Positions 13,515 through 27,229 of a DNA stretch of 64,000 bases are shown here, piece by piece. The DNA comes from Octopus sinensis (Eukaryota): NCBI RefSeq assembly GCF_006345805.1, contig NC_042999.1:91264001-91328000 (forward strand), given 5' to 3'. The notes below the pieces were generated by a model, which was given only the letters and a program-made list of their open reading frames with translations, had not been told where the DNA came from and searched no databases. Numbering within the stretch: position 1 is the first letter of the stretch; each line of letters opens with the position of its first letter. A program made the position numbers and the translations under genes.

Positions 13515-15696
13515 GAGAGAGCGAGCGAGAGAAAAAGAGGGGGGGAGAGAGAAGAGAAGGACTGGTAAAGGAGGTAGAGAAAGAGGATGAGAAAGATTAC
13601 ATGGCTGGGGAAAGTAACAAGAGAATAGAAGAATAGAGATGTGGAGACGAATAGAATATGAAACAGAAAGGTAAAGTTGATAAAAAAAAATTGAAAGGAA
13701 TTTGTTAATTAATTGTTTGTTTGTATGCATGTATATGTGTATGTTTGAGTTTTTAATTGTTCCTTTTCTTGTTTTTTTTTCTCTTTTTCCTGTATGATGA
13801 TAACAATACTAATTATTAATTGTTATCGGTAAAAATAACTGGAGGAGAAAAGCAGCTGGAAATGTGAAGTGATGCTAAAAATCAAACTGGCAGTAACAAC
13901 AACGATAACAACTAAATGAAAAATAAATGAAAAGAAACAAGTAACAATTGAGAAGAAAAAGTTTATCCGTTGTATTTTCCTTTTCTGTTTTTTTTTTGTT
14001 TGTTTTTTTTTTGTTTTTTTTTTGTTAACGTATCTCTTCGAAAAGCAGCACCATATAGTGAATGAATTAAATATTTTATTGAATTAATTTTTTTCAAGTT
14101 CAGCTTTTTAGAAAGCATTTCTTGTTATTTTTTAATGTTCGTGTAATATTACAACCCTTCTTTTCAGAATATTCAATTATTTCATTACTCAGAAGTAAAT
14201 ATTTAAATTATTTTTAGATGCGGTGGAGGAATAAGTGTGTCATAGAGTTGGTAGTGCTGAAGTTTAATTCTCAGGTTTTCACGTACATAACACAGTTTGG
14301 GGGTATTTCCTGTAATAATTTAGCTTCAGGTGTTTCATTAACGCAACAGCCATTTTCTTACATTCTACGGAGGTTATAAAACTGACTGTGAAAATTTCAG
14401 TAATTAACTTATTAGTGTTGTTGATATTATTGTTGTTCTTACTTGTCCCACGTCTACCTTGCTAGAATAAATCTAAGAGTAATGCCCTTCTGGCCATGAC
14501 TATCTCGTCTTTTATTCAGATTGTGTATCTATCACGACATTAACCAATGAACCCTTTCTTTTTAAGAAGGTAGAGCATGACTCGAGAAAGATTTCGTTAC
14601 TATTACTATCAGGCTGAGAAACCACTTAGAAGCTCCTTCAGTGACTCTAGTATTAAATCAATTCCTCATAAAAGCAAGATATACGTAAAATATTGATTTC
14701 TTCTTATCAAACAATAGTGCTGTTGAAAATCATTAGAAAAGTGTGTACATTAAAACTCGATTATCTGATGTATAGTATAAGGGATTAGTCAGCAAAAGAA
14801 GGGCAACATCCATGACCCTTTTTAGGGCCTCTCTTACTGATGGGAAGAAGGGAACTAGTTAAAGCTATCCACAAATTAGAAGCCTAACCAGAATGTTTGC
14901 GACTAAGCAAATTCCACTAAAGAACTAGATCCTGGTAATCAACTGAACGACAATTTAAGTCTACAAAAATGATTCTTCCACTGAGTTTTCGCCTACCAAA
15001 TTTCATTCGCTTGGTTTTAGTAAACCTGAGGAAGATAAGTTATCATACGGTGGGATTAAAAGGTGGGATTATCATACGCGGAGATTAAAAGGAGCACATC
15101 TTGGTTTAAGAGCAGAACATACCGATTTGCATTAATACTTGGTGGTGGTGCATCAGGAGACGTCAATCTGAAACCAATGTACGTATATCATTGAAAAACA
15201 TCATGACCAATGAAAGGAATATCAAAAATGCATTTACTTATCATTTGAAAATCCGACAAGAAGGCTTGTGTAAGAAAGAAATTTATACGCAGAGGTTTGT
15301 TCCACACAAAGATTTGTGGTCGGTAGCGAAAAGATATTACAAAGAACGTAATCATGAACTGAAGGCATTATTGCTGATATTCTATAAACTTGCATACCTG
15401 CCTAAATATTATATTTAACATTAAAAAGACCACTTTCTTAGTATATATCAGGATATAATTTCTAATATCAGATTCTACTTCATTCGTTGCACTTTCAAAC
15501 AACTTATTAAAGAAACAGATGGCCTAAATATGCAATCTATTGGGACTTTTGGAAAAATTACAATATCGAGAAAGCTATAGGTAGCATAAAAGCAGGTAGG
15601 GGTGACGTAACTTGGAACTGCTTGAACAGAGTCTGGAAGAAGCTATGATCAAGAGCACGACTAGAAATACTGGTACGAAGAAATATTGATTTTAAA

Positions 15697-15900
15697 TTTT
15701 GGATCAAGGCCAGTAATGTCGGGGTAGGGGGTAAATCAATTACATCGACCCCGGTATTCAACTGCTACTTATGTTTTATGACTCTGCAAAGATGAAATGA
15801 AAAACCGACCGCGGAGGAATATGAAATTAGAATGTAAAAATGGACGAAATGCCGTTAAGCATTTTGCCCGGCATGCTAATATTTCTGCCAGCTCGCTGCC
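15697..15900 (-). mobile_element. SINE family A, diverged copy
   Basis: Reverse complement of the ggcagcgagctggcagaa head with the aattacatcgacccc body, as at 17210-17410. Confidence 0.75.
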
Positions 15901-17209
15901 TTATTTTGCGAAGATATATTACCTACTATCATCAATGACATCATGGAGTTAGCCAATGAAAAGAGAATGCAAAATATCAATTTAGAAGAACTGGAGTGTC
16001 ATAGTAAGAGTTTATCTGGCAAACGATATGGAAGTTAGCACAGCAACGTATCAAAAATGAGCCAGAATACTCTACTATATACTAGTAATACCATATATTG
16101 ATAATTTTATAACCCTGTGGTCTATACTGAACAACGGCAACAAATATACTCACTGTTCTAAATTTGAGTGGCTTCTGTAATTATAAGAAATAATTCACAA
16201 ATTTTCTACATTCCTAAATAAAAGATTAGAGTTAATTTCAAAATGTTGCCAAGAAAATTGGTTCGTTCTATTAAATTTCCACGCAGATATTCAACATGTT
16301 TTGTCCGATTGAAAATCGAGAGAACCATCAAGACTAAAGTCATTTTGTAGAGATGATTTTTAGTGTCCTCGCTAGAACTCGAATCACATAAGCTTACAGT
16401 TTCAATCCACATGTAAAAATACACTGGAAACCTGACAAGAACGTGCTATTATTTTCAAAATAAAATGCAGGGAACTTGTAAGAAATATTCAAAGGCTTGC
16501 CGGATCCGGTAATAGAATTTTCCAGTTTATTTAGTTTATTGTAAATTGACAAGGATAAAACCTTGCATCCCATTTGGATATAGTCAGAAGTACCCTTAAA
16601 GTCGGTATTTTCTGTTAGCCACTTCTGTAGCTAAACAACACGATGGCGAAACTGTTGAAAATGAGATGCACAAACGGTGACTATGAAACAGTGACAATAT
16701 GACATGATGTTTTTAGCACCGTGGTGTAAACAGCAACAAAAAAAAAAGTAAGAAAAATCTCTAAAATCTCTCTTTTACTAAACATTAAACGGAAATCAAT
16801 GCTTAAGGAAACTGCCCGACCTGGTTTTAATGTTCACATGTATCACAAGAAGTGGATGGTCGAAAGTGGTTTGAAAATTTAATTGGAGAAAAATGTTGTC
16901 CAGGTGACTGGTTGAAAAAAGTTAGTGAGAGATCTATTCTAAATTACCAAAAACAACAAAGAAAAATAAAGACAAACAATGAAAATTGTAGCTCCAAACT
17001 TCGCAACCAGCTATTCCTGGTTTAACGTCCCACTTGGAACTACTGTCAACAAGATAAACTAGGCGTCCAGATATATTATGTGAGAAGAGTGAAGCAAGTG
17101 GATGACTGTTGAATTTAGTGACGCTAGCAGGATAAATGAAGCAACCTACTTTTGCACAGATATGTCAGGAGGTGAAGTTGTTAACGGCAGCTATGAGAAT
17201 AGAAATATT

Positions 17210-17410
17210 TATTTCTTTATTGCCCACAGGGGGCTAAACATAGAGGGGACAAACAAGGACAGACAAAGGGATTAAGTCGATTACATCGACCCCTGTAAAG
17301 GCAAAGTCGACCTCGGCGGAATTTGAACTCAGAATGTAACGGCAGTCGAAAAAATCGCTAGCCAGTTCGCCGTGCGTGCTAACGATTCTGCCAGTTCGCT
17401 GCCTTAAGTG
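17210..17410 (-). mobile_element. SINE family A with 10-bp TSD
   Basis: B-box-like gagttcaaattcc on minus. TSD tagaaatatt at 17200-17209 and 17411-17420. Confidence 0.9.
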
Positions 17411-19222
17411 TAGAAATATTAGCCAATGTATTCAAAAACATGTGGAATCCAGAAATTCAAGAGATGGGACCCACGACTACATTAAACAATAAACATGTGG
17501 AAATTTTTTCCGTGATATGAAACGTTGGGACATACCAGCACATAGTTCTCACACCATTTTACATATAGACATAGAGAGCGATTTACCTTGCGACTGGCCT
17601 CATTTGGGGTACATGATATTGATAAGTCATAAAAATGACGAAATAATAATCTCTACCGCTTCTACAACTTAACCTAACGCGAGTTATCTCGCTTGCCTAT
17701 GACTTCCAGATGTTTTAATGTCAGGTGTATTGACGAGAAAATATTCTCTTACGCCTATAACTTACAGCCTTCCCACGTACTGGCAAATCACATATCTTGT
17801 GTATGATGTATGTTCGATATTGTGTATATCCCTCGCGCTGCTTCTAATTCGTCTACGAATTGAAAATTCAGAAGACCAAGGCGTGCTAATGCCTCCTTAT
17901 GTCTACACAAGAAATGTTGTTGTTCATGAGCATCTGCAGTGAATCATACCTGCAGACTATTTTAGGAGCGATAAACATAATTTTCTTATTTTCACGATAT
18001 TTTAGCATTTTTATTTACTTCCTCATCTAATTATCAGCTTTTATCGGGTGAATTTTTCAACAATAACTCTGTCGTTATTGACGGCTCGGGCACTCTAGCA
18101 TATAAAAATATATGAGCTGATGTATTTATATTCCAAATATATTTCTTATATAGGTGTGTCTGTCTCTGAATGAATAAGTGTATATGCATTTGTATGTATA
18201 TGTATACTCTATATGCGTGTGTGTATAAATAAAAATATGCGTATGTATTTACACATATATGTATGTATACAAATGTATATGTGCATATATACATGCATGA
18301 AGATATTTGTGTGCATATATATGTGTTGTGAACGCGTGTGCAAGTATGCGTGTGACAATTTCTGAGTGCGTGCGTGTGTGTATGTGTGTGGGCGTATGTG
18401 TATAGGTGTGTGTGAGTGCCTGTGTGTAGGTGTGTGTAGTTAAGGGCTAAAATGTGTATACGTTACAAATACATTCTTTAATAAATGCATCAATGTGAGT
18501 TTAGCTAAATTTATGAGTGTATATGTATGCTCTGTATACGTGTATGTGTATGTATATATATATATATATATATGTTTGTATTTGTGTGTGTATACACATA
18601 TACATATACACTCACACATACTCACAAATACACACACATACATGATTTGTGATAAGTATGTAGCTGTGAATATTTGGTAAGTTTATCTGTAAATATAATA
18701 TTGAGTCAAATCTTTTATACGTGTGTATCTTCACATATGGACATACCTGTCATTTTATCATTTTATAACTGCAAATAAAGGGGCAGGAATAAAAGATTGT
18801 ATGTGAATATGTATAGACATTGTGTTATGTCCGTTCGTAGGTTTATATGTTTGAATATTAAACAAGACAGAAAAAGGTCATCTCCCGGGACACAAAATAT
18901 AAATAAACCTTTCGAAAGGAATTGGATTTGATTGGCAGAGGTTACCAACACTGACACAATGTTATTATTTGACGGTTGCCTATGTATAACCTAAGGATAT
19001 GAAATCTGAAGAAACAAAGCGCTTCGCTGAACTATAACTAAGATATTAACCATTTGCTTTATTCCGGTATTGAATTGTCTTTTAGTTTTCTCTGAGTTTT
19101 ATTGCATAGACAAGCATACTACTAAATACAAAATGTGGGTATCTGTGTTTGTATATAATGATATGAATATTTATGTTTGTGTCTATATATATATAGTGTT
19201 TGTGTTTGTGTTTGTATGTATG

Positions 19223-19273
<51 letters not shown>

Positions 19274-19361
19274 TGTGTGTACAGTTATGTTATATTCCGT
19301 TAGAAACGTGGTAGAGAACAGTATAAAGAAATTGGACTCCAACTTCTTCAATTATATATAT

Positions 19362-20283
19362 ATAGTGTAATAAATAAAATATATGCATACATACAAACAT
19401 ATATGTACGTACCGACATCTACATGTATATATACTTGCATATATAAATATATATATACGTACAGGACACCACAAGAAGACGTAAAAATCAACAGAAACGA
19501 AAACGGAAAAGCCATTTGTTACAACAGAAGGACAGAGTCGTGGAACAAGACGAAACGAAAACGGGAAAAACAAGGAAAAATCCCCTTCATCAGCTGTCGC
19601 TAGCAGACACGTGTTTCGAAGGCAGAGACAGAACACGTATGGCCATGCTAGGCCTTCCTACGAGAGAATTAAAATAAAATAAACTCGTAGAGGGGTGTAA
19701 AACGAGCAAGAAAAAAATGTAACACAAAAAGGGACGTAACAAAAAAATACAAACAAGAACAAAATAATACAAAATTAAAGATACATGTACAAGAAAATAC
19801 ATAACGAGAATTAAATTACAATACGAGAAATCAAAAATAAACAAGAGAACAAACGAAAAAGACGAACGAAGGCCTTTGTTCTGGCGGGGACGAGAAAGTA
19901 ACTGGCGAGCGCTGGGAAACACGACCTTACGGCCTGAAGGCAACAGGCGAAAGAATTAGCAGTGACGAAAGTGTGGAGGAGTGGGAGAGAGAGAGAGGAA
20001 GACACAGGCTAGAGAGAAGGGTGAGACAGAGAGAGGGGAATGTAAAGCAAAGGGAGAGAGTTTCGCATCATTGTAGTAAACTGTAAAAACGAACGAGGAG
20101 GAGAGAGACGGAACGAAGTGAGAATTCGAAAAATCGAAAATTCAAACGAACCCGACGCGAAGCGCTGTCAGACAATAGTGTAATAAATAAAATATATGCA
20201 TACATACAAACATATATGTACGTACCGACATCTACATGTATATATACATGCATATATAAATATATATATATACGTACAGGACA
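19362..20283. repeat. Unclassified element: ~107-bp direct repeats flanking ~700 bp of purine-rich, CpG-containing sequence
   Basis: 19362-19468 vs 20175-20283 differ by one substitution and one TA unit. Confidence 0.85.
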
Positions 20284-20345
20284 TATATATATATATAACA
20301 AAGTAAACTTGCAAGGTACCGCACGAGGAAAATGTTTAGGAACGT

Positions 20346-21379
20346 GGGGTTGAAAATGCAGAGGTCTTTTAAAGATGTTTATTGACTTGATCGGTTTAAC
20401 TTTTTTAAAAAACATTATCAAAAGTAAAATGTAAAGCTTTGTATAAGCTTTGTCGTGTTGAAAAATGGTTATCATAATTGTATTAAAATGCAATAATGTA
20501 GTTTTCCGGTATGTGTGTACATGTGTGTGTGTGTGTGCCATATTTGTTGTGGCGAAGTGTGTACGTGTACGTGTGAGTGCAAGTGTGTATGTTATTATTC
20601 TGTGTGCTGCGTGCATATGTCTGGGTGTATTATTGTAAGTGCTTTGTTTGTATTGTTTGTGCAGTGTGTGTGTATACGAGTGGGTGTGTTTGTGCGAGTG
20701 TGTCTATGTGTCGTGTATTTGTCAGGGTAGTATGTGTTATTGTGTGTGTGTGTGTGCGTGCTAGTGTGTGTGTGTATGTATGTATGTATGTGTGTGTGTC
20801 TGTAAGTATTTGTTGTTATTTTGGGGATTGTACTGCGTATATATATGTGTGTGTTTTTTCTCCGGATTCCCCATGCTCTCCCCCACCAACCAACCTCCTA
20901 CGCTATTTCTAAAAACCAACCAACCTCCCACACGATTTCTTAAAACAGCAAACATTTCTCGTACACACACTACAAGACAGGAGATGATGAATAGAAAGGT
21001 TGGTCATTCCCCTAAAATTCTGTATAAATACTTAAATATGATTCCTTCTGTATATATGCTTCTTATACAACCATGATTTTTGATGAACTTAATATAATTA
21101 TGAATTTATTTTACTACCAATTTTGAACACTTTCATGTACTGTTTTAACAAAAAACCCCTCTTAACATTTTCTTATCATTGCCAAAGATTCTATTTCTTA
21201 ACATTTTCTTATCATTATCAAAGACTGTATAACTGTATTTTAATACAATTATGATAACCATTTTTTAACACAACAAAGCTTATACAAAGCTTTACATTTT
21301 ACATTTGATAATGTTTTTTTAACAAAGTGAAACAGGTCATAAATAAACATCTTTAAAAGACCTTTACATTTTCAAACCC
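20346..21379. repeat. ~144-bp inverted repeat pair (20346-20489 / 21237-21379)
   Basis: aaaatgtaaagctttgtataagctttg..aaaaatggttatcataattgtattaaaat and its reverse complement; roughly 85% identity by eye. Confidence 0.85.
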
Positions 21380-21384
21380 TCTTC

Positions 21385-21417
21385 CTACACACACACACAC
21401 CACACACACACACACAC

Positions 21418-21489
<72 letters not shown>

Positions 21490-21495
21490 ATATAT
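21385..21495. repeat. (CA)n-(TA)n microsatellite
   Basis: Direct reading. Confidence 0.95.
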
Positions 21496-22184
21496 GGGTG
21501 TGTGTATGTGTAATATGATATCTAAATATATGCATATATACATACATTTATGTACATAAAAAAACGGTGAACACAATGAGAAACGAAAAAATAAAAACCA
21601 AAACAGAAACGAACTTTCTTTCCAACAACGAAAAAAACAAACAGAGAAACGAGACATACAACATAAAGAACACTCCACTCCCTCAGCCGCTCTGCTTCAT
21701 CCACTCCGCGTTTTTGAAGGCAAGGACAAAACGCGACTCCATTGAAACAATCCTTCCCGCAAAGCAAATCAAACAAAATTTGGAATCCTTTGTGGAGGGT
21801 GAAAGTGGTAACAAGAACAAGACAGTCAGAACAAAACAGTAAAAAGAACTGGACAGTGAGAACAGGACAGTGAGAACAAGACAGTGAGAACAAAACAGCA
21901 AAAACAAACGGTGAGGGCCGCCAAGCCAAGGCGACAGAAAAACCATCATGAACGCGAGGAAGACGAGCCTATGAAGGAGACAGCATAAGGACGGTTTTTC
22001 TTTAAGAAGGCTGTGGCCAGAAATACATAAATGCCTCATGCTAGGAGGGACATAATAAACAATTTAGAGAGAAATACAAATAAATATATTTAAAGGCAAT
22101 AATTAATAAATGTTTCCTTTATGAGGATTTTCACGCTAACTACTTGATAATTTCTTATAAAGATTTTTTCTTATTTTTAAATTA

Positions 22185-22288
<104 letters not shown>

Positions 22289-23564
22289 CATGTAGGAAAC
22301 AGAGAATTGACAATGTGTTTAATAACATGATGTTTATCTGTTAAAACTTTTCATTTTCTTATTATATTGAAATATACCGATATATATCGAAGTGAAACAA
22401 TTATTCGACTCCGTCATATACTTAATTGGTGCCTATTATTAAACAATAAACACGAATACTATTAAGTAATACTGGACTCCTTGAATGTTTCATCGATGTA
22501 TAAGATTAAACCGATGAAGCTTGGATGTTAATATCCCTTTTTAAGAGATATCTGTATCCTCAAACTAATTTGTGTGTGTGTGTGTGTCTGTGTGTGTGTG
22601 TGGCGCGCGTGGGTGAGTGCGTGTGCGTGCGTTCTCTCTGTTTCTCTTTTACTCCGAACCCTTCAACCCCTTTTCACTTCGTCTTTCATACTTGTAACCT
22701 ACTGTCATCCTTATTTTCTGACATTCTCTACTCATAATGTGAAAGGAGAAAGTAAGATGGTGAGAAATATCAATAGAAAGAATGAAGAGAGGACGGCAAA
22801 AAAAAAAAACGTAATGGAAGTAAAGGTGGAATAGGAATAGCCAGCGATTACAATAATGAAGGTCAAAGTTAGGATGTAGAAAAGAAAAATTATAGGGATA
22901 TGCACGAAAGAAAAGTTGATAGAAATAAAAGTTCTTCATATTGTTTATGTAGTTGTTGGAGGCTGCGATGAGAAAATTTTAATGATGATTTAAATATATA
23001 ACGCAGCAGAGTATAAGGTCTTTCTTTCACTAATAACACTTTCCGCTTGAAAGAATAAAACACCTTTTCATATTTATATATTCAAATTAATATCCGTTCT
23101 AATGATTTTCTGGCTAAGATAACCGATAGCTGATCTGTTGAGACAATTAGGTTTTCTCCTCGCCGTACATAGCTTATCTTCTGGTACACGCAGAAAAGTA
23201 AAAGCATTATCATTTTGACTAATATTTAAAGAAGGTCCGAAATGAAATCAATGCCGTTCTTGTTACAAGTGTTTGACAGTATAGTCTCTGGTGAATTTGC
23301 ACAGTGATCACACATATATAATATTGCCAAAATTATATCTTAAAAATTGGGTTTCCGCTTCAAGTTGCAAAACTATTTCAGTTCTTATCAGTTGACAACG
23401 CCTTACCAATTCAAGTGTGACCCACATCAGGAGTTAAGCAGCTGGAACACTAACAAACCATCTAGACTGACAAGCACTAACACACACGAAAGAGATCAGA
23501 TAATAGTGTTTAGATTTGGGCACTGTATCCATTCAGATACATCGTTGTCTATAGGAATTCATAT

Positions 23565-23784
23565 TACTCTTTTTACTCTTTTACTTGTTTCAGTCATTTG
23601 ACAGCGGCCATGCTGGAGCACCGCCTTTAGTCGAGCCACTTGACCCCGGGACTTATTCTTTGTAAGCCCAGTACTTATTCTATCGGTCTCTTTTGCCGAA
23701 CCGCTAAGTGACGGGGACGTAAACACACCAGCATCGGTTGTCAAGCGATGGTGGGGGGACAAACACAGACACACAAATACACAC

Positions 23785-23831
<47 letters not shown>

Positions 23832-23997
23832 TGCGACTGGCTTCTTTCAGTTTCCGTCTACCAAATCCACTCACAAGGCATTGGTCGGCCCGGGGCTATA
23901 GCAGAAGACACTTGCCCAAGATGCCACGCAGTCGGACTGAACCCGGAACCATGTGGTTGCTAAGCAAGCTACTTACCACACAGCCACTCCTGCGCCT
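23565..23997 (-). mobile_element. SINE family B (tRNA-like head, internal microsatellite), full length
   Basis: Reverse complement of 45162-45550. A-box-like tggctgtgtgg, B-box-like ggttcagtcc, tail (gtaaaaga)n. Confidence 0.92.
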
Positions 23998-25509
23998 ATT
24001 GATATATTGATATTTTTCCTGCTGTTATTTGACAATGTTTTCCACATGATTTTCTTGAATTTCTTTCGGAGTATGTGAGATAGCATGCCACAAGCTTAAA
24101 ATCATTTGTCATTTCCTAAGACTTTTTTCCTGAGTATGAAGAGGTTGGCATTTGTCGTCAGTAGTATGGTCAGGCGCGCCAGAACCCGTGCAACCTTCAC
24201 CACATGCGATACATTATAGAGAGGATGATAACAGATTCTTATCCACTTGGTTCAGTTAAAAATGTTGATAAGTTCGAGCATTGGTACCCAAAAATTTCTA
24301 TCTAGATTTTCAGTTGTGTTGATTTCATTCCTGTTTCCTAAGGCCTGCTTCAGTATACAGTGACATCTGCCAAGTAGTCAGAGTAAGTAACTACCTAACG
24401 GAATCATTTCTACTCGGACTTCTTTCATCACTTCTATACATTTTAGTTCTTGAGACATTACTATGAAGGCTAGAATTTTTGAGGAATATCCTACCTGAAA
24501 GCGTCACGGGAAAAACCATGTCAGTATGAGTTGAGAAAGTTATCGTGATTGTGTTGGAACCATGGTCATCGAAAATGGTCAGCTCCACACTGAAAGAATA
24601 TGATATAATAACAGGAGTTCGTACTATCTGGGACAATTCAGTAACCTTGCAGGCTTAGAGTGGAAGTTGGATGCATACCAGTTTTGTGGGTAGCTGCAGC
24701 GAAGGTTCTGTTAAGAAGTTCGGTGTCTGCTTCAGTTCACGATTCTGGTCACATAGAAGGTGGAAGAACAGAAGACGGTCACAGGCAAAATGGCTAGTCT
24801 CGCATTTCAAATGGTCTAAAAGGAAGTAATGACTGAAATATTTTGCAGAGGTTGTGAACATATGCACTACCTGAGTCATCTGGTACAGCATCACCGTTAT
24901 ACCTAGCTCGAATTTTCATCTCTTCTTCGAGAGTGTGCTTTTCCACTGAGCAGAAGATCATTTGTGTGTGTGGTGTGTGTGTGTGTGTGTTTGTTTGTTT
25001 GTGTGTGTGTGTGTGTGTATGTGTGTGTGTGTGGTGTGTGTGTGTGTGACCGAGAAGTATAGGCTGCTTTTCTCGATCTGCTGGTTATTGCAAAAAGAGA
25101 GTGAATAGTAGACAAGACTGAAAATACTGAGAGCAGACACCTCCGAATTCGGTCAGATCCTCACCAACTTCTTTCTGTTCCACGTCACAGAGAAGAGAAA
25201 GGAAAAGAAGAGAAGAGAGAGAGAGAGGAGTGAGTATGGAGAGGCAAGTACTGCTCTCCAAGGAAATTGTGAATAGGTAAATAAGATTGGTAAGGATAGT
25301 CAATGTGAATGAGCTTATTTGGAGTATATTTGTATAACCCGGAGAATATAACCTTATGATCTTAGCAATAAGGATTATTTTGTACATGTAGGTTTCTCTG
25401 ATCCACTCCAGGTAATTGTCTGGACATTATGGCTTTCTCGCGTGTTTTCTAGACGTTATCAAAATCCTAAAGCATTTTAACGTATTTATCAAGTCTTCTC
25501 ACCCACCCA

Positions 25510-25535
25510 TTATTATTATTATGATTATTATTATA

Positions 25536-25604
<69 letters not shown>
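25510..25604. repeat. (ATT)n microsatellite
   Basis: Direct reading. Confidence 0.97.
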
Positions 25605-25605
25605 T

Positions 25606-26700
25606 TCTCTTTATCACAGGTTTTGTTAGAGCTCCTGGAGTCTTGCGTGCGTAGCGGGCTTACTACCTGTAGCCTACGGTACCGTACTATTTGATCTTTT
25701 CAGCTATCAAATACTGTCCTAATTATTCTGGCCGTGCCAAGGAGGAAAAACTCTTATAACAGTTCTACAGGGCACTCTATTCCAATTTCCTTTATATTCC
25801 TCTTGATGCCTTCTGATACTGTTCCCAAGGACCCAACAATAATTGGCACTATCTTCAAATTCTTCAGATTCTATAGCCGGGCTACTTCCTACTAAAGAGG
25901 GTTGTATCTGTCTATCGTTTTGTCTTCCTTCTTGATTATTCGTGGGCTAAAGGGGCATGCAACATCAACTATATAGCATATGTGGTGCACCTTGTCCACC
26001 ACTACTACTATTATTATTATTATTTTATTGTCTTTGCACAACTTCTAACGCTGGAGATGTACAACGGTGTCAGCTGTTCACTACCAGTGGACTAAGTGCT
26101 TGTATAGTGCTTTATCTTTACAATCTTCCATCCAACACAAGCCTGACCTTCTTATTTTCAATAATAGCGGTTCTGTGGCATTTTTTTACGTAAAATGCTA
26201 TGCTGTTTTCTTCTGCTCTAATGCTCTGTACGCATTCAGTCAGTCCTCTTCTCCCAGTTTTTCTTGGTATATACAGTCTGTCTGTGTCACTTTTTGGGTG
26301 GAGTATCCCATATCTAGCCAGCAACTTCCCTGTCTTTCTGTCTAAGCTGTTTAGTTCGTCTGCAGTCCCTGCTCCGTATCTAAGTAGTGAAACCGCCTAG
26401 GTGTTGATAGCTTCAATTTTATTACGTCCGTTTAATTTTGATTTAAGGATCAGTCTCAGTCTGCGCAAGTACGCCACCTTAAATTTTTCTGTCATTTCTT
26501 TCTCCATCAATTTATCCATTTCCAATATCCCCAGGAACTTATAGCCCGTCTCTTCTCTCTGCTTCATAGCCTTCTCCGACTGATTCGCTAGCCCACCCAT
26601 ACATTTGATTTTGCCTCTCTTCAAGACTAACACGCCGCACTTTTTCAGTCCAAACTCCATTCTGATAGCAGCACTGAAAATATACACCATATCAACGAGG
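25606..26700 (-). mobile_element. Decayed R4/Dong-type LINE (RT C-half + RLE, internally deleted)
   Basis: MEFGLKKCGVLVLKRGK..YKFLGILE..AYLRRLRLILKSKLNGRNKIEAINT; LHPKSDTDRLYIPRKTGRRGL; LKIVPIIVGSLGTV. Confidence 0.88.
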
Positions 26701-26759
26701 GAACTGATTGTTATATTATTATTATTGTTATTTGTATTATTATTCCTTCGTAATACAAT

Positions 26760-27172
26760 GTAGGTTAAAATGCATCGGAATCTTTAGTCATCTGTCAAGT
26801 CACAAGGACCTCAGAGAGATAATACTTTCCTTAAGATGTGCGCTGTGTCCAATAAGACTGCTTTTTGCAAGACGTCAATCTTGCATGGGATAATGGTATT
26901 GAGCCCAGCACTACGATCACCACTGGTATCACTTTTACATTACATTATTCTCTCGCATTCCATACAGTCTTGCCATTTCCACTTTCAATTCGAAGTACTT
27001 AGTGATTTTTCAACCTCTTTACTCAAAACTTTCATATCATTTGGTATGGCTACATCAATGATCTATCAGTATTCGTCTCTGTTATTCAATATGACAATAA
27101 CCGGCCGACGGTGTTCGATTACACGATCCGTCTGAAAATCATAGTCCCAGGGTATCGTTACTTTTCCATCTT
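26760..27172 (-). mobile_element. R4/Dong-type LINE 3' fragment
   Basis: PWDYDFQTDRVIEHRRP..IDVAIPND..KYFELKVEMARL..VVIVVLGS..LQKAVLLDTAHILRKVL. ATT repeats on both sides. Confidence 0.85.
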
Positions 27173-27229
27173 CCTGTGTTATTATTATGTTGTTGTTATT
27201 TTTGTTGCTGTTATTATTATTCAAAGCCT

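Noticed and set aside
15925-16060. DIMELANEKRMQNINLEELECHSKSLS resembling a Tigger/pogo C-terminus
   Set aside because: Too short; no TIR or DDE region found
19585-19655. Hammerhead words on minus (GAAACACGTGTC and CTGATGAAGG)
   Set aside because: Order is permuted and stem I does not pair in either type I or type II topology
19362-20283. Classification as a bona fide LTR retrotransposon
   Set aside because: No PBS, PPT or 4-6-bp TSD in either orientation, and repeat identity extends beyond the TG end; kept as unclassified
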